Translations under genes and position numbers: made by a program | Source of the DNA: Syntrophales bacterium | Lineage (GTDB): Bacteria; Desulfobacterota; Syntrophia; Syntrophales; JACQWR01 | Direction of reading: 5' to 3' | DNA: 55,360 nucleotides | Assembly: GCA_035283845.1 (NCBI GenBank) | Contig: DATESZ010000264.1 | Location: forward strand, 1 to 55,360 | In this document: positions 23,571 to 32,450 of the stretch, piece by piece | How positions within the stretch are numbered: position 1 is the first letter of the stretch | Layout of the letters: each line of letters begins with the position of its first letter | The notes under the pieces: generated by a model | Database searches by the model: none | What the model was told of the DNA's origin: nothing | The model's input: only the letters and a program-made list of their open reading frames with translations

Positions 23571-24135
23571 TCCTCAAAAACCCGAGCCCAAACGTCCGCC
23601 CACGCAATCTTTATGTGGCCTGAGTTGGGCGGACTCCGGCAACCCTTTCTTTTACTGCGTGGTGACAGAAAAGCACGATGGCCAGGAAAAATCCTTTGAC
23701 GAAGCGCTGCCGGTCATCGAGATAATTAACGAGGGCGAGGCAAAGACATTCAAGGACTTGACGGATCAGCTTGAATTGGTTCACAAACTTCACTGCAAGT
23801 CGGTTTATGTCATTCTCGACCAGCGATATTTGACGTTCATTCATAGCTTCAATCAGTGGCGCCGGGGGGGACGAATACCATTAGTGCTGAAACACACCAA
23901 ATCATCTTCATTTGAGGCGTCACTGCTCACGATTAAGGAATTGATAGGCGAAAAACGACTGATATTCCCGCCGGATTCAACAATAAAGTCACAATTAACG
24001 GCATTTTCTAAGACAAGTCTAAAAGATGCGGTTGATTTTTACGCGGTGCTGGCGTTGACGATGGTCATTGATGCGTTCGGGAAGCAAAAGGCGGTTGAAT
24101 CGGAAGAAAAACCTAACATGAGAGGGTGGTGGTGA
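23563..24135 (+). CDS. Hypothetical protein, 190 aa
   Basis: ORF track. Confidence 0.6.
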   Translation: MSDPQKPEPKRPPTQSLCGLSWADSGNPFFYCVVTEKHDGQEKSFDEALPVIEIINEGEAKTFKDLTDQLELVHKLHCKSVYVILDQRYLTFIHSFNQWRRGGRIPLVLKHTKSSSFEASLLTIKELIGEKRLIFPPDSTIKSQLTAFSKTSLKDAVDFYAVLALTMVIDAFGKQKAVESEEKPNMRGWW

Positions 24136-24136
24136 G

Positions 24137-24334
24137 ATGAGAAAGGAAACCAACGGGGAATATTGGATAAAACATAGCTCGGGAATGTGGACGATCGGGC
24201 ATGGGGATGAATCCGGCCAAATTGGATGGAAGACGAGGAATATGGGGCTTTGCCACGGAGAGCCCATGCCGCTTCGTAACGGCCCCCCTGATATTGTAAA
24301 AGAACTTATGAGACTTAATTATGGTGTGGTATGA
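24137..24334 (+). CDS. Hypothetical protein, 65 aa
   Basis: ORF track. Confidence 0.45.
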   Translation: MRKETNGEYWIKHSSGMWTIGHGDESGQIGWKTRNMGLCHGEPMPLRNGPPDIVKELMRLNYGVV

Positions 24335-24627
24335 GTAATCTTACCGAAAAGCAGTCGCTCTGCCTATCCTGCCAATATTGTTGCAAAACAATAGCCTTCC
24401 CGTTTGCCGCAGACCCGGTAAGCCTGGAATTTTATAAAGCCAGAGGGCTAAAGGTTATCCATTCGACTGAAACGGAAGAATCATGGGTCACCTTTCCTCA
24501 CGTTTGCCCGCATATTACCAAAGAAGGCTGTAATATTTATGTTAAAAGGCCATACGCCTGTATGGTATTCGATGGCAGCAAGCACCCGGTAAGCTCCAAC
24601 CAATGCCTGTGGCCAAGGAAAGATTAA
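24331..24627 (+). CDS. CxxCxxCC metal-cluster domain protein (YkgJ-like), 98 aa
   Basis: ORF track. CLSCQYCC motif. Confidence 0.6.
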   Translation: MSNLTEKQSLCLSCQYCCKTIAFPFAADPVSLEFYKARGLKVIHSTETEESWVTFPHVCPHITKEGCNIYVKRPYACMVFDGSKHPVSSNQCLWPRKD

Positions 24628-24763
24628 ATTAAATAGCGTCAAATTTTTGACGGTCTGCCCCCCCCTGCGAAAAAATAGTTGACAAATAAACAAAACCGTG
24701 CGCATATCGCACACCGTCGGATAATTGACGCGATATATGTCATAAAAAAGACGGGGATAACGC

Positions 24764-26896
24764 ATGAGAAACGACCTACTCCTGATTTTATCGCCATCAG
24801 ATGTGATGCAGGCCGCACAAGAAAAGGAGGCCGCGTCTCAAGAGGCTGAACAGCCCTCCGAACACTTTGTATCGGCCCTTTCACAACACATAATCCCCAA
24901 ATGGCAAGCGGCTCAACAGGCCAAAATAATCCCAGAAATGGAAATGTTGGCGTCTGTGCGGCAAAAACGCGGCGAGTACGATCCGCAGAAATTAGCCGAG
25001 ATACAAAACGTTGGCCAGCCCGAAATATTCATGAATGTCACCGATACGAAGGTCAGGAATGGCGTTGCCTGGATAAAGGACATCATCATCCAGCCAACTC
25101 AGCGGATAATTGCCGTTGATCCCACACCGCTGCCAGATTTACCGCAAGACATAAAAGAGCAGATCACCAGTTCCGTTGTCAGGCAGTATCTTGACATGGC
25201 TGTTTCTCAGGCGGCGCAGACAGGGCAACAAATATCTTCTGACCAGCTCCGTGCTTGGATGCAGCAGGAGTCGGACGCAGTAGGGGATCGCGTCCATAGT
25301 GAAATCGTTAAAAAAGCCAAAGCAATGGCCGAAGACATAACCGACCAGATAGACGATCACTTTAAAGAGGGGGGCTTTTACAAGGCGCTCAACCAGTGCA
25401 TCGATGATATTGTCGGGCTGAAGGCGGGGTTTATAAAGGGGCCGACCTTTCGGAAGGAAAGACTCAAGAAAACCTCGCAAGACCCTGCCACCGGCAAACT
25501 GGTACGGAACATTGAAACGAAAATCGTCCCTCAGTATGATCGCGTTTCCCCATTCGCGGTATTCCCGTCGCCACGAAGCACAACCGTTGATAATGGTTAT
25601 CTTTTTCTTGTTGGGTCAATCAGACCCCACCAGCTCCATGAGCTTATTGGTGTGCCAGGTTACGATGAGGCCGAAATAAGGGAAGTCCTGAAGGAGTTCC
25701 AAGAAAAGAAGCTTAACGACGAATGGCTCACGTTATCTCTGGAAGCCAAGGAAGGAATAGGGGAAGAGAACCCCGACCAGCCGTGGTCTGCCCCGGAAAA
25801 CATTCCTTACCTCGAACTGTGGGACGAACTTCCGGGCAAACTTCTTCTCGAATGGGGGATGACGGCGGAAGATATTCCCGATCCGGACGACGATTACGCC
25901 GTGTGCGTTTGGCAGATCGGAACCCATGTCATAAAGGCCATGCTGAATTATGACAGTCTCGGCAAGAAACCTATTTCCAAAATATCCTTTGAGAATGACA
26001 ACGATTCTTTTTGGGGCCGTGGAGTAGCCGAGATGATCGCAGATTGCCAGCAGGTTTGTAACGCCTGCGCTCGTTCGATACTGGCAAATATAGCGATGGG
26101 TGCCCTTCCGATGGTAGATTTGAACATCGACCGGCTTGAACCTGGCGCATCTCGGAAGATTTGGCCTGGGCGTGTATTCCCGACTACCGACGAACAGATG
26201 GCATCGGGCAGCAAGGCAGTAAACTTTTATCAGCCCCAGATGGTTACACAACAGTTACAGGCCGTTTACGATGCCTTCTCCCGCATAGCAGATGAGCATT
26301 CCGGCATTCCGGCGTATGCGCATGGAGGAGACGTAGGCGCCGGCGGAAACGCGAGCGGGCTTGCTCAGCTAATCGGGATGGCAACCCGTGGCATAAAAGC
26401 AGTGATTCGTAACATCGACCTTGACGGCATAGTGCCCTGCCTTGAGCGCCACTATGATTATTTGCTTGAAAACTTTGAGATTTATGGGTTGATGGGTGAT
26501 TACAAGGTATCCGCCAAGGGGACGGCGGCGCTGCTTGCTAAAGAGCAGCAGACCGCTCGCAAGAACGAGTTCCTTAATTATACCGCGAACCCTGTCGACA
26601 TCCAGATTATAGGGACTGAAAATCGCCGCAAGATTCTATTCTCGGTTGCTAAGGATTTGGGTATCGATATTGATGAAAATATCTTACCGCCGATTCCCCA
26701 GGGGGGGCCGACGCAACCACAACCTGGTACTCCTCTCCCCGGTATGGTTTCCAGCCCCCCCGCTCCCTCACCACAAACCTTGGATGCGGCAGGGAATCCG
26801 GCTCAAGGAGTTGACGACCGCCAGTTCAACGAGTCGCGGCCCCGGATGGAAGTAAGCAGCCCAGGCCAGGCGGGCGGCGCTGAGGGATACCAGTGA
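24764..26896 (+). CDS. Probable portal protein, 710 aa
   Basis: ORF track. Called from size and position between the terminase and scaffold/capsid genes. No motif-level proof. Confidence 0.7.
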   Translation: MRNDLLLILSPSDVMQAAQEKEAASQEAEQPSEHFVSALSQHIIPKWQAAQQAKIIPEMEMLASVRQKRGEYDPQKLAEIQNVGQPEIFMNVTDTKVRNGVAWIKDIIIQPTQRIIAVDPTPLPDLPQDIKEQITSSVVRQYLDMAVSQAAQTGQQISSDQLRAWMQQESDAVGDRVHSEIVKKAKAMAEDITDQIDDHFKEGGFYKALNQCIDDIVGLKAGFIKGPTFRKERLKKTSQDPATGKLVRNIETKIVPQYDRVSPFAVFPSPRSTTVDNGYLFLVGSIRPHQLHELIGVPGYDEAEIREVLKEFQEKKLNDEWLTLSLEAKEGIGEENPDQPWSAPENIPYLELWDELPGKLLLEWGMTAEDIPDPDDDYAVCVWQIGTHVIKAMLNYDSLGKKPISKISFENDNDSFWGRGVAEMIADCQQVCNACARSILANIAMGALPMVDLNIDRLEPGASRKIWPGRVFPTTDEQMASGSKAVNFYQPQMVTQQLQAVYDAFSRIADEHSGIPAYAHGGDVGAGGNASGLAQLIGMATRGIKAVIRNIDLDGIVPCLERHYDYLLENFEIYGLMGDYKVSAKGTAALLAKEQQTARKNEFLNYTANPVDIQIIGTENRRKILFSVAKDLGIDIDENILPPIPQGGPTQPQPGTPLPGMVSSPPAPSPQTLDAAGNPAQGVDDRQFNESRPRMEVSSPGQAGGAEGYQ

Positions 26897-27153
26897 TAGC
26901 GCCTTCAGAGCAAACGGCGAGGGCCATAGTGAATCTGGCCGGGAATCCTAATTGGGATACGATACTCAGATGGATAGACGAATCCGCCATACTGCAAAGC
27001 CTCAAGAATAACCACAACCGAGGCGAAGAGACCATTGTCATGCAGGGGCGCAACATGGAACTCGAAGACTTCTTGAAGATAGTGGCAAAAGCTAAAGCCG
27101 GAGACTACACGAGGAATGTGGAAGAGGCGAGAAGGATGGAGAACAAAAAATAA
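26893..27153 (+). CDS. Hypothetical protein, 86 aa
   Basis: ORF track. GTG start overlapping the portal stop. Confidence 0.55.
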   Translation: MIAPSEQTARAIVNLAGNPNWDTILRWIDESAILQSLKNNHNRGEETIVMQGRNMELEDFLKIVAKAKAGDYTRNVEEARRMENKK

Positions 27154-27169
27154 ACAGGAGGATGTTTCA

Positions 27170-27283
27170 ATGGTCAAGACGTTTAAGAAGAACGACAAGA
27201 TGGATAAAGGAATGCCGGACAAAATGATGGACAAGATGCACAAGGGCAAGAATATGCCACCTCCCAAAAAGGGGAAGAAGTAA
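27170..27283 (+). CDS. Lys-rich miniprotein, 37 aa
   Basis: Hand translation: MVKTFKKNDKMDKGMPDKMMDKMHKGKNMPPPKKGKK. AGGAGG SD. Confidence 0.4.
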   Translation: MVKTFKKNDKMDKGMPDKMMDKMHKGKNMPPPKKGKK

Positions 27284-27354
27284 CACATAAAATAAAGATT
27301 TAACCGAGTTCTTGAACCTTCCGGCCAGAAGGAGAGAGACGAAAGCAGTTTTTT

Positions 27355-27401
27355 AGGCGCACAGCAAGGTGCTTGCTCACTTTGCATGCGCCTTTTTTAT
27401 T
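27355..27401 (+). terminator. Intrinsic terminator
   Basis: AGGCGCA...(inner AGCAAG/CTTGCT)...TGCGCCT followed by TTTTTTATT. Confidence 0.65.
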
Positions 27402-27420
27402 GGCTCAGTTATCAAAGGCT

Positions 27421-27519
27421 GAAGCCCGTAAAAGTCGGATCAGCCTTTATAAGCAACGCGAAGCCCGTGAAGGTCGGATCGCAAAAATAAGCAGTTGTGA
27501 AGCCCGTAAAAGTCGGATC
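27421..27519 (+). repeat. Three phased copies of GAAGCCCGTRAARGTCGGATC (39-nt period)
   Basis: Copies at 27421, 27460 and 27499. The spacers share ATAAGCA. The cluster lies between the terminator and the scaffold-gene SD. Confidence 0.9.
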
Positions 27520-27534
27520 ACAGAAAGGAACAAA

Positions 27535-28557
27535 ATGAGCACTTACGAGGAATTGGAAAAAGCAGAGCAGGAAGCGGACGCGGCATTGGCGGCGATGAAC
27601 GCCGATGAACCCGCTATCGAAGCCAAACCGGAAGATGACAAGCCCGTAAAGCCGGATGTCGTTGATGAAGGTGTGGTGTCTGATGGCGTACTCGTCGCGG
27701 ATGATCCAGCGATTAAGGCAACCCCAGCCGAAGCGCCAGTCAAGAAAGACGATGACGGCATTGACTACAAGCAAAAGTTTCTTGTGGTTGACGGGATGCT
27801 GAAGGCCGACACCGCCCGGTTAAAAGCTGAAGCGGCGCAATGGAGGGAATACGCCACGGGGCTCCAGGAACGAATATCAGTTCTTGAAGACACCGTAAAG
27901 GCAAAATCTTCCGCCGTAGAGACACAGCCGGACGAAGAAGACTACGAGGTTGATGCTTTCGTAGCAGACAACCCAGGTGCCGCTAAGCTGCTCAAGAAAA
28001 TGGAGGCCAAGCACAAGGCCGAGCTTGCCAGTCTGCGGGACGAGATAAAGTCCGTGGATCAAAAGAGCGTTGCCACAAGCGCTGAGTTTAAGCAGACCAC
28101 CGCTATCAGCCAGTTCGATAGGGCAATGGCAGATGCCGGAGCTCTAGACTGGAGGGCGATCGACACCGACCCAGGTTTCACGGAATGGTTGAACCGCTCT
28201 CCTTACAATGTCAAGGTTCTTCAGGCAGCCGCAAGCGAGTTCGATGCGCCTACTGTTTCAGCGTTCTTCCTCGATTACAAGCGCTCATTGGAAACAAATG
28301 GTGGCGACCCGCCCACTGATAATGGGAACGGTAGCCAGAGCAAAATTGAAAAATTTACCGCGCCGCCACGTTCCGGAGGGGGTGGCCCTCCTCCGAAGAC
28401 AGCGGTGTCACCGGTTCTTACGAAAGAAAATTACGCCAAATTCTCCAAACAAGCCATGACGCCAGGTGCTTATAACCCGGCTCAGTGGGGCGGCAAAACA
28501 GTGGCACAGATGGACGCCATATTTGATGCTGCCATAGCAGGGAATGAATTAAGGTAA
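27535..28557 (+). CDS. Probable scaffolding protein, 340 aa
   Basis: Internal ATG with GAAAGGA SD. Acidic, Ala/Lys-rich and coiled-coil. Lies between the portal and capsid genes. Confidence 0.6.
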   Translation: MSTYEELEKAEQEADAALAAMNADEPAIEAKPEDDKPVKPDVVDEGVVSDGVLVADDPAIKATPAEAPVKKDDDGIDYKQKFLVVDGMLKADTARLKAEAAQWREYATGLQERISVLEDTVKAKSSAVETQPDEEDYEVDAFVADNPGAAKLLKKMEAKHKAELASLRDEIKSVDQKSVATSAEFKQTTAISQFDRAMADAGALDWRAIDTDPGFTEWLNRSPYNVKVLQAAASEFDAPTVSAFFLDYKRSLETNGGDPPTDNGNGSQSKIEKFTAPPRSGGGGPPPKTAVSPVLTKENYAKFSKQAMTPGAYNPAQWGGKTVAQMDAIFDAAIAGNELR

Positions 28558-28593
28558 TACTTCTTTACGTGAGGGCCTCAATAGGAGGTTTAT

Positions 28594-28740
28594 ATGGGTT
28601 TTTCACGAGCAGCAGGCTATCCAGACTTTTCCAGCGCGGGGACTAACAAGTTTATTCCCCAGGTATGGTCTTCGAAAATGGCCCGGAAGTATTATAACAA
28701 AACAGTTCTCACGTACATCGCCAATAACGATTACGAGGGT
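28594..28740 (+). CDS. Major capsid protein, exon 1 (49 codons)
   Basis: AGGAGG SD. MGFSRAAGYPDFSSAGTNKFIPQVWSSKMARKYYNKTVLTYIANNDYEG. Unspliced reading stops after 2 more codons. Confidence 0.7.
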
Positions 28741-29651
28741 GGAGTTTAATGATTTTGCCCTCTTTAAACGCCTTTAATTGCGAGAACACCCTGAGAGTCA
28801 AAACGACGATACCGTCCGGTAACGAGATGGCGAACCGTAAAACTGTTTTGAATTGGGCAATTCGCAGCCAAGGTGCCAAGAAATTGGCACAAGGTTCAAC
28901 GACTACTCCAAGTAACCTAACCCATATTGGTAGGGTTAACGGGGCACGAATGGGGCGGTTTTTTCGAGTTCTTGCGTGGCTTTTTGTCTGGGCCTCTTCC
29001 CTTCTTCCCACAGTGGTGGAGGCGAACATGCTCAGGAACAGTCATAATGGACAGGTTTTCGATTCGGTTGTCGGTTCTATCCCCATTAATATGGTGGACG
29101 ATTTCACCATCGAAAAGATACCTGCCAAGATAGTTTGCCATAACGAGTCTATGTTTCCTGACATAACCCTTGCTGTCTCTATCGGGATGGCTGGGCATAT
29201 AAACAGAAACATAGCCCCCGTGGGTGGTGATAAACCCAGGATGATATTTGTCTATAATCGTAAAACCGTTTTCTTGGGCAATCCCGACAATATGGTTGGC
29301 GTTTCTGTTGAGAATGATTCCAATTTCCTTGGAACTAAGCCCCGCTTGGGCAAGTATCTTGATGGTGCCCAGCGAAACAACTTCTCTTTGGTTACGTTCA
29401 ATCCCGAACTTCTTCATATAATTAAGAATGAGTCGCTTACTTACCCCATAATGATTGGCAAGTTTCAACAGCGATGGGTAAATAGCGTAGCTTGCTCTAA
29501 GTTCGTCAGCGGTAATGAAGAATTTCTTTTCAGCCATAATCGGATTGTATCACCGCATCTTTCTATTTGTCAAGAAGAAAAAACAAGAAATAGTCTGACC
29601 CTGTGTGAAAATACAGGAAAACAGGATAAAGAGCCTGTTGATAACACTTTG
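28741..29651 (+). mobile_element. Group-I-like intron (~911 nt) interrupting the capsid gene
   Basis: The 5' exon ends GAGGGU, which pairs with GCCCUC at 28757..28762 (P1 with a U.G at the splice site). The last intron nt is G. Removing the intron restores the reading frame and the ...DYEG|EIKAGGDTV... junction. Confidence 0.65.
28917..29537 (-). CDS. HNH homing endonuclease inside the intron, antisense to the capsid gene, 206 aa
   Basis: ORF track. HHINGDRTDNRIENL...PEHVRLH (HNH_3-type) plus an N-terminal HTH-like region. Confidence 0.8.
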   Translation of the reverse strand: MAEKKFFITADELRASYAIYPSLLKLANHYGVSKRLILNYMKKFGIERNQREVVSLGTIKILAQAGLSSKEIGIILNRNANHIVGIAQENGFTIIDKYHPGFITTHGGYVSVYMPSHPDRDSKGYVRKHRLVMANYLGRYLFDGEIVHHINGDRTDNRIENLSIMTVPEHVRLHHCGKKGRGPDKKPRKNSKKPPHSCPVNPTNMG

Positions 29652-30446
29652 GAAATCAAAGCCGGTGGCGATACAGTCATTGTCCGTGGCATTCCCGATA
29701 TTACCATCGGCAATTACTCGAAAGGCATGACTCTCGCCATTCAGCACCCTGAAGCACCCGCTGTAACCATGCTGATCGACAAAGGCAAGTATTACAATAT
29801 CTACCTGGATGATGTAGATGCCGTTCAGTCCGACTTGCCTCTTCTGAATAAGTTCACAGAAGCTGCGGCAAGAGACAATGCCATAGCCATCGACACCGAC
29901 GTGCTGGGCAATATCTACGCGGATGCTCATGCCGATAATATCGGTTCCACAGCGGGCGCAATCACGGGTGGATTCGACCTCGGTGCGTCCGGTGCCCCGA
30001 TCCAGATCACCAAGACCAACGTGCTTGACTACATTGTCGATTGCGGAACGGTACTGGGTGAAAACGAGGTGCAGGACGAAGATTGCTGGATGGTCATCAC
30101 CGAATGGATGGCTGGCATGATCCAGAAGAGCGATTTGAAAGATTCGGCCATGACCGGAGATGCAAAGTCGGTTCTTCGCACCAACCTCCTGGGCAAAGTA
30201 GGAAGGTTTGATCTCCTGAAGTCCAACCTCCTACCCACGGTGGCTTCTGGCACTGAATCTTCCGGCTTCCAGGCGTTCTACGTCCTGTTTGGCAACAAGG
30301 ATGCTCTCAGTTTTGCCAACCAGTTTACCAAGACGCAGAAATTGGATTCTGAGTTGACGTTTGCTCAGATTGTCCGGGGCCTCAACGTGTACGGGTACAA
30401 GGTCATCAACCCGCAGGGGCTGGGATACATGTACGTTCGTCAGTAA
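29652..30446 (+). CDS. Major capsid protein, exon 2 (264 codons)
   Basis: C-terminal part of ORF 28749..30446, starting at EIKAGGDTVIVRG. Followed by a strong hairpin. Confidence 0.7.
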   Translation, partial: EIKAGGDTVIVRGIPDITIGNYSKGMTLAIQHPEAPAVTMLIDKGKYYNIYLDDVDAVQSDLPLLNKFTEAAARDNAIAIDTDVLGNIYADAHADNIGSTAGAITGGFDLGASGAPIQITKTNVLDYIVDCGTVLGENEVQDEDCWMVITEWMAGMIQKSDLKDSAMTGDAKSVLRTNLLGKVGRFDLLKSNLLPTVASGTESSGFQAFYVLFGNKDALSFANQFTKTQKLDSELTFAQIVRGLNVYGYKVINPQGLGYMYVRQ

Positions 30447-30452
30447 CTAACG

Positions 30453-30478
30453 GAGGGGATTCGTCCCCTCTTTCCTTA
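30453..30478 (+). terminator. Hairpin/terminator after the capsid gene
   Basis: GGAGGGGA-ttcg-TCCCCTC followed by TTTCC. Confidence 0.5.
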
Positions 30479-30494
30479 AAGGAGGAAATAAACT

Positions 30495-31001
30495 ATGGCT
30501 CTTTTGATTGATTTCACAGGGGCGGCAACCGTTCATTCGGGAGCTACTTTTGCAAACAGTAACGTGACCGATATAGGAACACCGTATCATTCACCGGGCG
30601 GGGTATGGAGTATCGCTAAGGTAAGGCTGGATACGGCCAATGTCCCAGGGACTAAAACATCGACCGATGTTTACCAGATGATTGCAGTTCCGGCATATAC
30701 CTGGTGCCTTGGGTGTTGGTTCAAGGTCATCGAGGCGGAACTTACGGCAACTACGGCAACTATTGCTATCGGGGATGGAGACTCTACCGCTGGCTACCTG
30801 ACGGCGGTGCAGCCTTCTACCACGGTCGGTACGATTCACGCGCCCCTGTACGGCGGTTCGGAAGCGTTCAACGTCAAGGCTGGCCGCATGTATCCGGCGG
30901 CAGATACGATTGACGTGCTTGTCGGCACGGCGGCATTCACCTCCAGTAACGGGGTCTATGACATTTATGCGTTGTTGATGAGCTACAACGTGCCGTTTTA
31001 A
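30495..31001 (+). CDS. Hypothetical capsid-module protein, 168 aa
   Basis: ORF track. AAGGAGG SD. Confidence 0.65.
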   Translation: MALLIDFTGAATVHSGATFANSNVTDIGTPYHSPGGVWSIAKVRLDTANVPGTKTSTDVYQMIAVPAYTWCLGCWFKVIEAELTATTATIAIGDGDSTAGYLTAVQPSTTVGTIHAPLYGGSEAFNVKAGRMYPAADTIDVLVGTAAFTSSNGVYDIYALLMSYNVPF

Positions 31002-31064
31002 TCTGTAGGCGGGGGTCAGGCTTTTTGCTAATTCCCCCGCCGACTTACATTGGAGGAACAACTT

Positions 31065-31880
31065 ATGTCTCGCTATGAAAACTTTAATGTCGGCCAGCTT
31101 CACGTCGAAAAGATAGACACGGTTGGGGGTACGGCGGCAGGCGCAGGGAAGTCTCCCGACATCTGGGCGGATTGCCCGGCCTTGAACATGCTGGTTGATC
31201 CTACACTTGGCCATTTCATCGGAGATGATTTTGCCCAAGCAAACACCAACAGTTTTACTACGGCCTACGAATACACCCTGGCCGGTGCAAATGGCACGTT
31301 CACCCATCTTGCGGCTGATCCTAATGGAGTCGCAGTGCTGACCGCCCCTGGGACTGATAACGACGAGTGCAATGTCAACGCCGCTCTGGGAGTGGGGTGC
31401 ATTAAGCTCGACGCCACCACGAATTGGTGGTTTGAGACGCGGGTAAAGATCAGCCAAATAACCACGGCACAAGGTGTGTTTGTCGGCCTGATCACGGATG
31501 ACATCACGATGGGTGTTGACTTTATGACGGATAACACGATGGCCATGAAGGTTCAGGATGCTCTTGGATTCCAGATTGTCCACGCAACTGATACTGCCGC
31601 TATATGGCAATCGATGATGATTCTTACCGGCGGATCAAGAGTGGCACTTAACTCCACGTTTCTTACGGCGTCAACCGGGTGGCTCAAGCTTGGGATGAAG
31701 TGCGTTTCCGGGGTTGTGACCTTCTATAAGAACGGCGCGGCAAGTGGTACGACAACCACGGCAGCCACGAACTTCCCGCTGGATCAATACGTAGTTCCGG
31801 CGTTTGCCACCAAGTGCGGCACGGCGGCGGAGAACACGCTGTCGGTCGACTGGTGGTTTGCGGCCCAGCTGAGATCGTAA
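31065..31880 (+). CDS. Hypothetical virion protein, 271 aa
   Basis: ATG with GGAGGA SD. Confidence 0.65.
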   Translation: MSRYENFNVGQLHVEKIDTVGGTAAGAGKSPDIWADCPALNMLVDPTLGHFIGDDFAQANTNSFTTAYEYTLAGANGTFTHLAADPNGVAVLTAPGTDNDECNVNAALGVGCIKLDATTNWWFETRVKISQITTAQGVFVGLITDDITMGVDFMTDNTMAMKVQDALGFQIVHATDTAAIWQSMMILTGGSRVALNSTFLTASTGWLKLGMKCVSGVVTFYKNGAASGTTTTAATNFPLDQYVVPAFATKCGTAAENTLSVDWWFAAQLRS

Positions 31881-31886
31881 CTTATT

Positions 31887-31917
31887 GGGCGGTACGCTTC
31901 GGCCTCTGCCGCCCTTT
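31887..31917 (+). terminator. Possible terminator hairpin
   Basis: GGGCGG...CCGCCC followed by TTT. Confidence 0.35.
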
Positions 31918-31934
31918 AACCAGAAAGGATTTGT

Positions 31935-32393
31935 ATGGCACGAGAATACAGGATGCTTTTGAAAGAAGGGACATCCTCTCCCATTCATTGGTCTGAAATG
32001 TTATCCAAACGCCCCGACATGAAAGAAGTCATGATGACACACGACCAGATCATGAAAGCAAGTGGGAAATCGGCACCCATAAAGTCCCAGCCTATAGAAG
32101 TGGTCACCGCACTTTCTTTCAATGAGCAACGGAGACTCAAACACGAAGAATTAGTGGCGGCAAACAAGACTGCGGCACCTCGGTCTATTCCTGTGCCCTC
32201 AGCCCCCTCCGAGCGGCACCTGGACGGGAAGCCCGCAGAAAATCCTGTGGAGGTATCCTCTGCGGAGAAGACATTGGAGTCAGCCGAAGAAAAGGCGGCA
32301 CGAACCAAAAAAGCAAGAGCAGAAAACCTGAAAAAGGCGCATGCAAAATCTGCCGAGATTCGGAGATTGAAGGCAGAAGCCAAAGCTGCGTAA
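31935..32393 (+). CDS. Hypothetical Lys/Ala-rich protein, 152 aa
   Basis: ORF track. Confidence 0.6.
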   Translation: MAREYRMLLKEGTSSPIHWSEMLSKRPDMKEVMMTHDQIMKASGKSAPIKSQPIEVVTALSFNEQRRLKHEELVAANKTAAPRSIPVPSAPSERHLDGKPAENPVEVSSAEKTLESAEEKAARTKKARAENLKKAHAKSAEIRRLKAEAKAA

Positions 32394-32450
32394 CCGATGA
32401 CAACGAACGAGCGAAGATAAGGAAACATGGCGGGGTAGGAGGACAACCAC

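Noticed and set aside
27373-27534. ORF-track N-terminal extension of the scaffold gene (MLTLHAPFLL...SKAEARKSRI repeats)
   Set aside because: It would start inside the terminator hairpin with no SD. The ATG at 27535 has an SD, and the repeats behave as a non-coding 39-nt tandem.
28749-29650. Long + strand ORF extending capsid exon 2 upstream by ~300 codons
   Set aside because: It has no recognisable motifs. It is the mirror frame of a clear HNH gene on the - strand. The true capsid N-terminus, with a strong SD, lies at 28594 in another frame. It is best explained as intron sequence.
30591-31610. 339-aa minus-strand ORF
   Set aside because: It is antisense to two well-supported + strand late genes with strong SDs. 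It is Arg-rich shadow-frame sequence. The same reasoning applies to 14390..14953, 25733..26251, 40668..41150, 31985..32446 and similar ORFs.
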